From Candidatus Sulfomarinibacteraceae bacterium (GTDB taxonomy: Bacteria > Chloroflexota > Limnocylindria > Limnocylindrales > CSP1-4), in contig DATIUS010000052.1 in the NCBI GenBank assembly GCA_035466655.1, positions 1 through 60,440 on the forward strand: DNA of 60,440 nt, read 5' to 3'. The position numbers and the translations under genes were made by a program. The notes under the pieces are model-generated. The model had not been told where the DNA came from. It was given only the letters and a program-made list of their open reading frames with translations, and made no database searches. Position 1 is the first letter of the stretch; the number at the start of each line of letters is the position of its first letter. Shown in pieces: positions 52,538 through 60,440 of the stretch.

Positions 52538-54601
52538 CTACGACGTCCCTGGCTCGCCCGCCTGTTCCGGACCGATCCGGAACGGTCGCATCATCTCGTT
52601 GTCCTCGTGCTCGACGATGTGGCAGTGCCAGACGTACTGGCCGGGCACCAGGAACTGGGCGCGGACGCGCGTCACCTGCCCCGGGTAGGCGATGACCGTG
52701 TCCTTGAACCCGGTCTCGTTCGGCTCCGGTGGCGTGACTTCGCCATCGAGCTCGATGGGCACCTTGACCTCGTCGTCCGCATCGAGCACGAGACCCTCAC
52801 GGTTCACGACCTCGAAGACGAGCTCGTGGACATGCATCGGATGCGCGTCGCCAGTGGTGTTGTAGAACTCCCAGATCTCCGTCGCGCCGACGGCCGGGTT
52901 CTCGGTCACCGGATCCATCCACCTGCGCTCGGTCCAGACACCGTCGACGACCGTCCCGAGGAGCGCCTCGACGGGCCCTTCGATCTCCTCGTCTTCCTCG
53001 CTGAAGCCCGTCCCCATCTTCTCGATGAGGGCGAGCGGCCGAATGGCGGTCTCCTGTGGCAGCGGGATGATGGCCGGGAGCCCCAGGAACGCCGGCGGCG
53101 TCGTACGGTCCCGCCCGATCCTGGGCCCGACGCGGAACTGGAGGACCTGGCCGGTCGAATGCTCGTCCGCGGGCTCGAAGTCCTTTCCGGGCACACCGCC
53201 GCCGAACGGCTCGTCCGGCCCGACGTTCGCCAGGATGTATTCCCCGCGAGGCACGTTCGTGAAGTCAACGATGACGTCGGCACGCTCGGCCAGGCCCATC
53301 AGGATCCGGTTGCCGCCCGCGGTCACGTTCACCGGCGCCGAGAGGAAGCCGCCCTCGTTGCCGATCTGCCAGACCTCGACGCCCGGGATCCCGTTGAAGT
53401 CGAGGATGAGGAACCGGGACTGGCAGCCGTTCAGGAACCGGAACCGATAGCGGCGCTGCTCGACGGCCTGGAAGGGCCAGGTGGCGCCGTTGGCAATGAT
53501 GGTGTTGCCGAAGAACTCGGGGTTCCAGATCGGCGAGAACTCCCCGTCCGGGACGTAGCCCCCGGCAATCCCGTCGAACAGGACGCGCATGTCCGGGTAG
53601 AAGAGCGAGCCGTCCGCGTTGAACGAGCGGTCCTGGATCGCGATCGGGATCTCGTGGTAGGTCGTCCCGGCGAGGTCGCCCAGGGCAGGCGCCGGTCCAG
53701 GAAGGGTGGCGGCACCGCCCGTCCGGAGGTCGGTGACCACGTCGCCCGGACCGCCCCGGATGATGAAGAAGCCGGCAGGCCCGGCGTAGACGTTGAGCCG
53801 GGTCATGCCCAGGGTGTGGTCGTGATACCAGATCGTCGAGGCCCGGTTGTGGTTCGGGTACTGGAACGTCGCGAACCCCGGACCCCAGATCTCACCATAG
53901 CTTGACGCGGCCTTGCCGGCGAAGAAGTCGTACCAGGTGCCACGGTCCGCGTACCCGTACGGCAGCTTCGTACCCAGGTCGGGCAGGTACCAGGCCTCCG
54001 CGTAGCCGTCGCTCTCGTCACCGACGCCGACGGCGCCGTGGACGTGGGTCACCATGGGGACGGGTCCCGTGTACCGGCCGGGCGTGGTGCTGAAGGTCGG
54101 CCGCGTGTCGCGGTGGTCCATCCCGCCGGGCGGGTTCGCCCAGTGGAGCGTCGGGTCGACCGGGAGCAGGTGCGGAAGAAAGTCCCCGTTCGCGTCGAGG
54201 AGCTGGTTGATCCACTTGACCCGGACGGGCTTGTGCCACTTCGCCTCGATCGTGAGCGACGGCGCGTTGAAGATCGCCGGCCCGTTCTGAGCGGCCACGG
54301 GGCCGTAGCCCCAGACCGTGGTGGGGGGCAGGCCGGACGGCAGGATCTGCTGCTGGAACTGGCGGACGGCGATCTCGTAGTAGTCGATGTTCTTGCCGCC
54401 GGAAACCCGCACTTTGCCGGCACGCGGCATCGCCGGCGGGATGAGCAACGGCGTTGCGAACTTCGCGATGCTGGCCGGGTCCAGCGAGGGGCCGGGGGCC
54501 ACCGCGCGGACGACCTTCGCGCCGCCGACGAACTGGTACAGGAAGAGGCTGGTGCCGGCTGCGGCCGAACCAACGAGGAACTGTCGTCTGGACAGGGGCA
54601 T
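52538..54601 (-). CDS. Tat-exported three-domain multicopper oxidase (CotA/bilirubin oxidase-like)
   Basis: Twin-arginine signal MPLSRRQFLVGSAAAG. Copper motifs HVHG, WYHDH, HPMHVH and HCHIVEHEDNEMM. ATG at 54601 is preceded by GGAGG. Confidence 0.92.
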   Translation of the reverse strand: MPLSRRQFLVGSAAAGTSLFLYQFVGGAKVVRAVAPGPSLDPASIAKFATPLLIPPAMPRAGKVRVSGGKNIDYYEIAVRQFQQQILPSGLPPTTVWGYGPVAAQNGPAIFNAPSLTIEAKWHKPVRVKWINQLLDANGDFLPHLLPVDPTLHWANPPGGMDHRDTRPTFSTTPGRYTGPVPMVTHVHGAVGVGDESDGYAEAWYLPDLGTKLPYGYADRGTWYDFFAGKAASSYGEIWGPGFATFQYPNHNRASTIWYHDHTLGMTRLNVYAGPAGFFIIRGGPGDVVTDLRTGGAATLPGPAPALGDLAGTTYHEIPIAIQDRSFNADGSLFYPDMRVLFDGIAGGYVPDGEFSPIWNPEFFGNTIIANGATWPFQAVEQRRYRFRFLNGCQSRFLILDFNGIPGVEVWQIGNEGGFLSAPVNVTAGGNRILMGLAERADVIVDFTNVPRGEYILANVGPDEPFGGGVPGKDFEPADEHSTGQVLQFRVGPRIGRDRTTPPAFLGLPAIIPLPQETAIRPLALIEKMGTGFSEEDEEIEGPVEALLGTVVDGVWTERRWMDPVTENPAVGATEIWEFYNTTGDAHPMHVHELVFEVVNREGLVLDADDEVKVPIELDGEVTPPEPNETGFKDTVIAYPGQVTRVRAQFLVPGQYVWHCHIVEHEDNEMMRPFRIGPEQAGEPGTS

Positions 54602-54959
54602 CGGACCAACCTCCACACGTCCATCCACCTTGCGGCGGCATTCCGTCGGGTGGGAGGTGCGGGCGTGACGATGGGCCTGGCGCAGGTCAGGCCGACCGAG
54701 CAGAACGGCCTCCTCGACCGACAAACCGTCCCCCGGTCGGATTCATGCCGAACCTACCGAGGAGGCGAGACCCTCGTCTTCGGCCGAATGGCATCGTTGA
54801 CGCGGGCCGCAGGTCACGGCCGACCATCGCCGGCTGACGGCATCCGCCACGGGGGCCGAGGGGTCGATCGCGTGGCCCGGCGAACGGGTCGTTTGGCACT
54901 TCTCGGGCACGGGCCCCGCTGGCATCAAGGCGGCATGCTCACCGTGCGCGGGTAGGCGC

Positions 54960-56477
54960 GTGAACCTCGCGGTCCTCGGCGCGAGCGGCTACGTCGGCGG
55001 CCGGCTCGTCGCGCGGCTCCTCGGTGCCGGCCACTCGGTCACGCTCATCGCGCGGGAAGCGGCGCCGCTGGCGGATCGCTTCCCGGCCGCCCGAGTCGTG
55101 AGCGGCGACGCGCTGGTTCCGGGGAGCCTGGCGGACGGGCTCCGCGGGATCGAGACCCTCTACTACCTCGTCTACGCGGCGAGCCGGGGCGCGGGAAGCC
55201 GGGCGGCCCGCACGGCGGGAGCGGACGGGGCCACCGAGCGGGATCTCCGGGCCGCACGGAACGTGGCAGCCGCTGCCGCTGAAGCCGGCGTGGCCCGGAT
55301 CATCCACCTCGCCGGCCTCGACGCCGATCGCGGTTCGGGGCAGGCAATCACGTCTGGCCCGGGCCTCGGCGAAGGCTCCATCGGCGGCGCGCTCGCCGGG
55401 ACCGGCATCCCCGTCACCGAGTTCCGGACCGCCGTGATCATCGGCTCCGGCAGCGCGTCGTTCGAGATCGTGCGCCACCTGACCGAGCGCCTGCCCGTGA
55501 TGCTCACGCCGCGCTGGGTGGAGACGAACTGCCAGCCGATCGGGATCGGGAACGTCCTCGACTACCTCGTCGAGGTGCTCGATCGTCCAGAGGTCCAAGG
55601 CGTCGTCGAGATCGGCGGGCCGGACGTGCTGTCCACCCGCGAGATGATGCTGATCTACGCGCGCGTGCGCGGCCTGCGCCGGCTGATCGTCCGGGTGCCG
55701 GTCGTGGCGCCCGGCCTCAGCGCGCGGTGGCTCGGCCTGGTGACCCCGGTGCCGGCGTGGATCGCTCGGCCGCTCGTCGAACGGCTCCGCGACGAGCTCG
55801 TCGTCCGGGATCCGGGACCCGCCGCCGCGTTCGCGGTCCGTCCGATCGGCGTCGAGGCGGCGCTCCGGCGGGCCCTCGACCGGACGATCGGCAACGAAGT
55901 CGAGTCGACATGGTTCGACGCCTATTCGGTCAGCCACCACGGCCGCGCGGCGCCGCCGCTCGAGCTCGGCGAGGGAATGCTGATCGACCGTCGGTCGACA
56001 ACGGTCGAGGCGCCGCGCGAACTGGTCTTCGCGGAGGTCGAGGGCGTCGGCGGTTCCAACGGCTGGCCGTTCGCCGACACGCTCTGGCGGATCCGGGGCC
56101 TGGTCGACCGCCTCACGGGGGGCGTGGGCATGCGCCTCGGCCGTCGCGACCCGACGCGGGTCCGGGTCGGGGATGCGCTCGACTTCTGGCGGGTGGAGGC
56201 GATCCGTCGCCCGGAGCTGCTCCGGCTGCGCGCGGAGATGCGTACGCCCGGGCGAGCCTGGCTCCAGTACGAGGTCGAGGAGTCGCCCGGAGGTTCCCGG
56301 CTGGTCCAGACGGCGTTCTTCGAGCCCAGGGGGCTGGGCGGCTTCGCCTACTGGTACGCCCTGCTCCCGATCCACGTGGTGATCTTCCGGGGCATGGTGA
56401 CCACGCTCGCCGCTCGGTCGGGCGAACGGGCAAAGGTGACCAATGTCACTACCCGAGACCCGGAGCCGGGCGAATGA
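54960..56477 (+). CDS. NAD(P)-binding SDR/NmrA-like domain fused to a DUF2867-like C-terminal domain
   Basis: Rossmann motif VLGASGYVGGRLV. The C-terminal half has the SRPBCC-like DUF2867 pattern (GDALDFWRVE). GTG start. Confidence 0.8.
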   Translation: MNLAVLGASGYVGGRLVARLLGAGHSVTLIAREAAPLADRFPAARVVSGDALVPGSLADGLRGIETLYYLVYAASRGAGSRAARTAGADGATERDLRAARNVAAAAAEAGVARIIHLAGLDADRGSGQAITSGPGLGEGSIGGALAGTGIPVTEFRTAVIIGSGSASFEIVRHLTERLPVMLTPRWVETNCQPIGIGNVLDYLVEVLDRPEVQGVVEIGGPDVLSTREMMLIYARVRGLRRLIVRVPVVAPGLSARWLGLVTPVPAWIARPLVERLRDELVVRDPGPAAAFAVRPIGVEAALRRALDRTIGNEVESTWFDAYSVSHHGRAAPPLELGEGMLIDRRSTTVEAPRELVFAEVEGVGGSNGWPFADTLWRIRGLVDRLTGGVGMRLGRRDPTRVRVGDALDFWRVEAIRRPELLRLRAEMRTPGRAWLQYEVEESPGGSRLVQTAFFEPRGLGGFAYWYALLPIHVVIFRGMVTTLAARSGERAKVTNVTTRDPEPGE

Positions 56478-56526
56478 TGGCGGTCACAAGATCCGATCGG
56501 CGGAGTCCTGTGACGGGAGGGAACTC

Positions 56527-57939
56527 GTGACGGCATCGGCCGCGGTGGATGCGGGCGCCCGAGAGGGCGTCGGCGCCGATCTCACGCTGGCCGACGGGTC
56601 GCGGATCGCGGTCGTCGGCAGCGGTCCTGCCGGCTCGCTGTTCACCTGCTTCCTGCTCGAGATGGCCGAACGGGTCGGCCTGAAGCTGGCCGTGGACATC
56701 TACGAGCCGAGGGCGTTCGCCCAGCCCGGACCGACCGGTTGCAACATGTGCGGCGGGATCATCTCCGAGACCCTCGTCCAGAACCTCGCCATCGACGGCG
56801 TCAACCTGCCGCCCGGGGTCATCCAACGGGGCATCGATTCGTACGTCCTCCACATGGACGTCGGCAGCGTCCGGATCGCGACCCCGGCCCAGGAGATGCG
56901 GATCGGGGCGGTCCACCGCGGCGGGGGACCGCGCGACGTCACCGAGTCGAGCTGGCGGAGCTTCGACGGGCACCTCCAGGGTCTCGCCCTCGAGCGCGGT
57001 GCGCGGCTCGTCGCGACCCGGGTCGACGAGGTCGGCCGCGAGGACGGGCGCCCGGTCCTCCGCGCGCGCGACGGAACGGCGGAGCGCTACGACCTCGTCG
57101 TGATCGCGGCCGGCGTCAACACCGGGATCCTCAAGACGTTCGAAGGCCTGGGCATCGGCTACGAACGCCCGAAGGTGACCAAGACGCTGATCCGTGAATA
57201 TCACCTCGGCGCCGAGGCGATCAACACCCACCTCGGCGCGTCCATGCACGTGTTCCTGCTCAACATCCCGCGCCTCGAGTTCGCCGCCCTGATCCCGAAG
57301 GGCGACTACGTGACGATGTGCCTCCTGGGCGAGGAGATCGACAACGCGCTCGGCGACCAGTTCGCCGACGCGCCCGAGGTGCGCGCGGTGATGCCGCCGG
57401 GCTGGCAGCCGAACGAGAAGTCGTGCCAGTGCATCCCGCACATCAACATCCACGGCGTCGCCAAGCCGTTCGCCGACCGGATCGTGTTCATCGGCGACAG
57501 CGGCGTCACCCGCCTCTACAAGGACGGGATCGGGGCGGCCTACCGGACCGCGAAGGCGGCCGCGCGCGTGGCCGTGTTCGAGGGCGTGTCCGAGGCGGCG
57601 TTCCGGGAGCACTACCTCCCGATCTGCCGCTCGATCATGACCGACAACCGGATCGGCGGGCTCGCCTTCATCCTCACTCGCGTCGCCCAGCGGGTCCGTC
57701 CGGTTCGCCGGCTCATCCTCCGGCAGACAGCCCGGGAGCAGGCGATCCGGGAGCGGAACGGAGGCTCCGGGAGCGCGGCCCTCAGCTCCATCCTGTGGGA
57801 CATGTTCTCGGGCAGTGCGCCCTACTCGGACATCTTCCGGCGCATGCTCAGCCCCGGGCTCATGGCCAGGCTCGCGCTGGGGGCGCCGGGCGCCCTGCTG
57901 CCGGGCCGGCGGCGGGAACCAGCGGAGGTCGCGCGATGA
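56527..57939 (+). CDS. FAD-dependent oxidoreductase (geranylgeranyl reductase/GR2-like fold)
   Basis: Dinucleotide motif IAVVGSGPAGS, CNMCGGII and IGDSG. GTG at 56527 is preceded by GGGAGGG. Confidence 0.8.
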   Translation: MTASAAVDAGAREGVGADLTLADGSRIAVVGSGPAGSLFTCFLLEMAERVGLKLAVDIYEPRAFAQPGPTGCNMCGGIISETLVQNLAIDGVNLPPGVIQRGIDSYVLHMDVGSVRIATPAQEMRIGAVHRGGGPRDVTESSWRSFDGHLQGLALERGARLVATRVDEVGREDGRPVLRARDGTAERYDLVVIAAGVNTGILKTFEGLGIGYERPKVTKTLIREYHLGAEAINTHLGASMHVFLLNIPRLEFAALIPKGDYVTMCLLGEEIDNALGDQFADAPEVRAVMPPGWQPNEKSCQCIPHINIHGVAKPFADRIVFIGDSGVTRLYKDGIGAAYRTAKAAARVAVFEGVSEAAFREHYLPICRSIMTDNRIGGLAFILTRVAQRVRPVRRLILRQTAREQAIRERNGGSGSAALSSILWDMFSGSAPYSDIFRRMLSPGLMARLALGAPGALLPGRRREPAEVAR

Positions 57940-58343
57940 TTGACCAGGGGGCCCTGGGCCGGGTCTACGAGCCCGGTGAGCTGATCGTTCGCCAGGGTGA
58001 CGTGGGCGACTGCATGTACGTGATCCAGGACGGCGAGGTGGAGATCCTGGCCGAGCGGGACGGCACGGAGGCGCTCCTGCGGGTGGCCGGCCGGAACGAG
58101 ATCCTCGGTGAGATGGCGGTCTTCGAGCACCAGCGTCGATCGGCCACGGTGCGGGCGCGGACCCGGGCGCGCGTGCTCACCCTCGACAAGCGGAATTTCC
58201 TGCGCCGCATCAACGAGGATCCGTCGCTTGCCTTCAACATCGTGGAGACGATGTCGCGCCGGGTCCGGGAGCTCAGCCAGGAAGTGGTCGAGCTCCAGGC
58301 GGCCCTCAAGGCGGCGCGCGACGAGGCGGGGGTCCGCGGCTAG
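57936..58343 (+). CDS. Stand-alone cyclic-nucleotide-binding (CAP effector) domain protein with a C-terminal helix
   Basis: GELIVRQGDVGDCMYVIQDGEVEI...LGEMAVFEHQRRSATVRA (the phosphate-binding-cassette-like FGE..RSAT region). ATGA overlap with the preceding gene. Confidence 0.85.
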   Translation: MIDQGALGRVYEPGELIVRQGDVGDCMYVIQDGEVEILAERDGTEALLRVAGRNEILGEMAVFEHQRRSATVRARTRARVLTLDKRNFLRRINEDPSLAFNIVETMSRRVRELSQEVVELQAALKAARDEAGVRG

Positions 58344-58432
58344 CGCCGCACGGCCGGGGCACCGCCGGGCGCTGTCGAGGACGACCTCCGGCCAGGCGAC
58401 GGCCAGCGCGAGCGAGACGACGATCCTGGGCG

Positions 58433-58600
58433 CCTCGACCGTCGTCGCCGATCCGACGGCCGTGGGTGCAGCAGCAACGACCGTTGTTGGCTGAGCAACG
58501 ACCGTGGCTCGGAATCCAACGACCGTAGGTGAAGGGGCACCGGCCGTCGTACCGAAGCCAACGACGGGCGTGGCAAGTCACGGCGCCCGTCGGCGCAACT
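58433..58600. repeat. Phased 21-nt tandem repeat array (about 8 units; core CAACGACCGTnG), apparently non-coding
   Basis: Exact 10-mers caacgaccgt at 58475, 58496 and 58517. Degenerate units at 58433 (cctcgaccgt), 58454 (cgacggccgt), 58538 (caccggccgt), 58559 (caacgacggg) and 58580. All are in strict 21-nt register. Confidence 0.8.
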
Positions 58601-58703
58601 CGGAACGTGCGTGCCGTACCAATCCGCGGCGGGTGGACCTAGCCTCGGGACAGATGCGTCGACGTCGAAACGACGGACGCTCCAACCGAGAAGGGACAGA
58701 CGG

Positions 58704-59033
58704 ATGGACGGCATCGAAGCGTTCTGGGGAGTCCTCTTCTGGGCTGCGCTGATCCTCGTGCTGCTGTACCTGGGTCCGATGCAGGCCCATCGCGCGCCGG
58801 GGCGGGTGACCCAGGTGGCGACCTGGCTCCTGCTCACGATCCTGTCGCTCGCCTACGGCGGGCTGCTGGTCTTCCTCGTCGTCCACCTCCTCCTGTTCAC
58901 CCTCGGAACGGGCGTGGCCGCCTTCGGGCTCTTCCTGAGCGCGGTCCTGCTGCTCGCCACGCCGGTCGGGTGGTGGATCGGCGTGCGAGCCGTGGCGCAC
59001 CGGATGGATCCCCATGGCCGGGCGCGCGGCTGA
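58704..59033 (+). CDS. Small membrane protein (3 TM), hypothetical
   Basis: ATG at 58704 is preceded by AGAAGGGACAGACGG. TM helices FWGVLFWAALILVLLYL, VATWLLLTILSLAYGGLLVFLVV and AAFGLFLSAVLLLATPV. Confidence 0.65.
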   Translation: MDGIEAFWGVLFWAALILVLLYLGPMQAHRAPGRVTQVATWLLLTILSLAYGGLLVFLVVHLLLFTLGTGVAAFGLFLSAVLLLATPVGWWIGVRAVAHRMDPHGRARG

Positions 59034-59070
59034 GGCCGGCAAGGAGCACGTGGCGGGGAACGGGTCGGAC

Positions 59071-59748
59071 ATGCGCGACGGGACGCTCCGCGTCCTGCTC
59101 GCGATCTTCGATTTCCCGCTCGTCAACGCCGGCCTCCGGGTGGCGATCGACACCGAGCCGGACATGCGGGTTGTCGGGGAGGCGACGAGCCAGGCCGGGC
59201 TGCGAACGCTCATCGAGACGATCCAGGCCGACGCGATCGTCACCGAGTGCCAGCCCTACCCCGACGGCCGCCCGGCCTTCCAGTCGATCGAGGTGGCCCG
59301 GAGCGTGACGCCGGCGCTCAAGATCCTCGCCCTCGAGTGCCGGACCGGGGCCGAGCAGTTCAGCCTGGCCCTGAAGGCCGGGGCTGATGGCTTCCTGACC
59401 AGGGAGGCCCAGCCGGTCGACGTGGTGGCCGCCCTCCGATGCATCCAGCGGGGCGAGACGTACGTGAGCCCGGCGCTCGTGACGAAACTGGTCAACACGT
59501 ACGTCCTGCGCAACCCAGAGCACTCCCTCGAGGACGCGTACGAAACGCTGAGCGACAAGGAGCGCGAGGTCCTCCTCCTTGCCGCCGTCGGGCACACCAA
59601 TCGCGAGATCGCCAAGGCCCTCCACCTGAGCGAGCGGGCCGTCCACTCCAAGCGCTCCAGCATGATGGAGAAGCTCGGCTTCCACGACCGGGTCGATCTC
59701 TTGAAGTTCGCCCTTCGTCGGGGTGTCGTGGGGGTCGGCGAGCTGTGA
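59071..59748 (+). CDS. Atypical NarL/LuxR-family regulator with a pseudo-receiver domain (no phospho-acceptor Asp)
   Basis: Aligned by eye against the canonical response regulator at 33265. Phospho-acceptor D becomes E (AIVTECQP), conserved S/T becomes E (LALEC), conserved K becomes R (FLTRE), and the acidic pair ED becomes FD. The LuxR HTH is intact: LSDKEREVLLLAAVGHTNREIAKALHLSERAVHSKRSSMMEKLG. Confidence 0.8.
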   Translation: MRDGTLRVLLAIFDFPLVNAGLRVAIDTEPDMRVVGEATSQAGLRTLIETIQADAIVTECQPYPDGRPAFQSIEVARSVTPALKILALECRTGAEQFSLALKAGADGFLTREAQPVDVVAALRCIQRGETYVSPALVTKLVNTYVLRNPEHSLEDAYETLSDKEREVLLLAAVGHTNREIAKALHLSERAVHSKRSSMMEKLGFHDRVDLLKFALRRGVVGVGEL

Positions 59749-60440
59749 CCGACCGGGATGGGGTTGGACAGGCCGCCGGGCGCTTCCGCTCCAGCCGTGC
59801 CTGGCTCGCGGTTCACTCGACCGCTTCCGGCGTCCGTCGCGGCATCGCCGCCGGCGCGCGCCGCATCCTCGCCGCGGGTCGAGGCCTCGCCGGGGCCATC
59901 CGCGACCTGGCGAGCCGCGTGGGGCGCGGCATCCGACGTGTCTGGTCAGCCGTCGCGGACTTCTGGCGGAGCGTCCGTCCGACCACTCGTCGAGGCGGCG
60001 CTCTCGGGATCCTCTGGATCATGGGGGGCGCGGTCTTCCTTGCGGTGGGCCTCTTCGTCGGCGCCGCCATCGCCTGGTCGCCGTACCTCGAGTCGGTCGT
60101 CCACCCCGACGCCAACCCACGAGCCTGGGCGGCCCTCGAGCCCGCCTTCGCCGGGACGAGCACCTGCGGGGACTGCCACGCGCCCGAGGCCGCGAAGGCG
60201 TCGGACGCCCGCCACGCCGGGATCGGCTGCGAAAGTTGCCACGGGGCGCTCCTCGACCACTCGCTGATCGACCCGGAGACGCCGGCCGGCGAGGTCGACC
60301 TCGACGTCCCGACCGACGACATCTGCGTCCGGTGCCATGCGGCCGCCGCCGGCCGCCCGACCGAGATCCGCCAGGTCATCGTCTCCGGCCACTACGTCGA
60401 GTTCTGCCTGCAGTGCCACGACCCGCACACGGGGATCTCG
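59745..60440 (+). CDS. Membrane-anchored multihaem c-type cytochrome (at least four CxxCH), 3-prime partial
   Basis: Absent from the ORF track because it has no stop in the window. My translation from GTG 59745 is open to 60440. TM: ALGILWIMGGAVFLAVGLFVGAAIAW. Haem motifs: CGDCH (60165..60179), CESCH (60228..60242), CVRCH (60324..60338) and CLQCH (60405..60419). The GTG overlaps the regulator stop as GTGA. An alternative start is ATG 60021. Confidence 0.8.
   Translation, partial: MTDRDGVGQAAGRFRSSRAWLAVHSTASGVRRGIAAGARRILAAGRGLAGAIRDLASRVGRGIRRVWSAVADFWRSVRPTTRRGGALGILWIMGGAVFLAVGLFVGAAIAWSPYLESVVHPDANPRAWAALEPAFAGTSTCGDCHAPEAAKASDARHAGIGCESCHGALLDHSLIDPETPAGEVDLDVPTDDICVRCHAAAAGRPTEIRQVIVSGHYVEFCLQCHDPHTGIS

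Noticed and set aside
58306-58581. Minus-strand ORF across the 21-nt repeats, encoding a striking heptad peptide (xxxxGRC/GRW repeats). I considered it as a Cys-rich repeat peptide or RiPP-like precursor.
   Set aside because: Third-position G/C is about 64% by my count, against near-saturated values in real genes here. No Shine-Dalgarno precedes the GTG start. The 3-prime end runs antisense into the cNMP-binding gene. The periodicity is explained equally well by a non-coding 21-bp repeat. It is kept as an alternative in the finding, not called as a CDS.
58433-58600. Possible CRISPR array
   Set aside because: The units are contiguous 21-mers with no unique spacers between them. The repeats degenerate from a core and are much shorter than CRISPR repeats. 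No cas genes are present in the window.

Overview
60.4 kb of chromosomal DNA, about 70% GC by eye. The source is probably an Actinomycetota-like or Chloroflexota-like bacterium, but taxonomy cannot be fixed from this window. I call about 55 protein-coding genes, one tRNA-Arg(UCG), several gene fragments, a few strong hairpins and one phased 21-nt tandem repeat. Genes are densely packed, with many ATGA/GTGA start-stop overlaps. The very long Arg/Pro/Gly-rich ORFs antisense to real genes are treated as high-GC artefacts.

Layout:
- **1-22.9 kb:** housekeeping and regulatory genes. These include a GltD-like FeS flavoprotein, a HAD/TPK/Bcp/PIG-L chain, an HTH-4xGAF-GGDEF protein, a LysM-deacetylase, an ECF transporter operon led by two tandem DUF62 SAM hydrolase paralogs, and a WYL regulator with a SAMHD1-like HD phosphohydrolase.
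- **23.06-38.4 kb:** tRNA-Arg followed by an apparent, partly decayed genomic island. It is bracketed by 15-16 nt copies of the tRNA 3-prime end and carries a transposase remnant, a methyltransferase and several pseudogene fragments.
- **Inside that island:** a seven-gene minus-strand operon. It encodes a Tat-exported NrfC-like FeS protein, an NrfD-like membrane subunit, three exported Ig-fold or lipoproteins, an azurin-like cupredoxin lipoprotein and a polytopic membrane protein. A NarL-type two-component system is divergent from it.
- **38.6-58.3 kb:** mixed accessory metabolism. This covers a LAL regulator, M28 peptidase, P450, DMGDH-like enzyme, LLM oxidoreductase, S1 protease, Tat multicopper oxidase, SDR-DUF2867, a FAD oxidoreductase and a stand-alone cNMP-binding protein.
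- **58.4-60.44 kb:** the 21-nt phased repeat array, a small membrane protein, and a pseudo-receiver LuxR regulator. The regulator's stop overlaps the start of a membrane-anchored tetra-CxxCH cytochrome c. That ORF is absent from the ORF track because it runs off the window.

The best candidates for an undescribed system are the NrfCD-cupredoxin module, the DUF62x2-ECF-ASCH operon, and the repeat/pseudo-RR/multihaem locus. Every functional call rests on motif recognition by eye. No database search was run.
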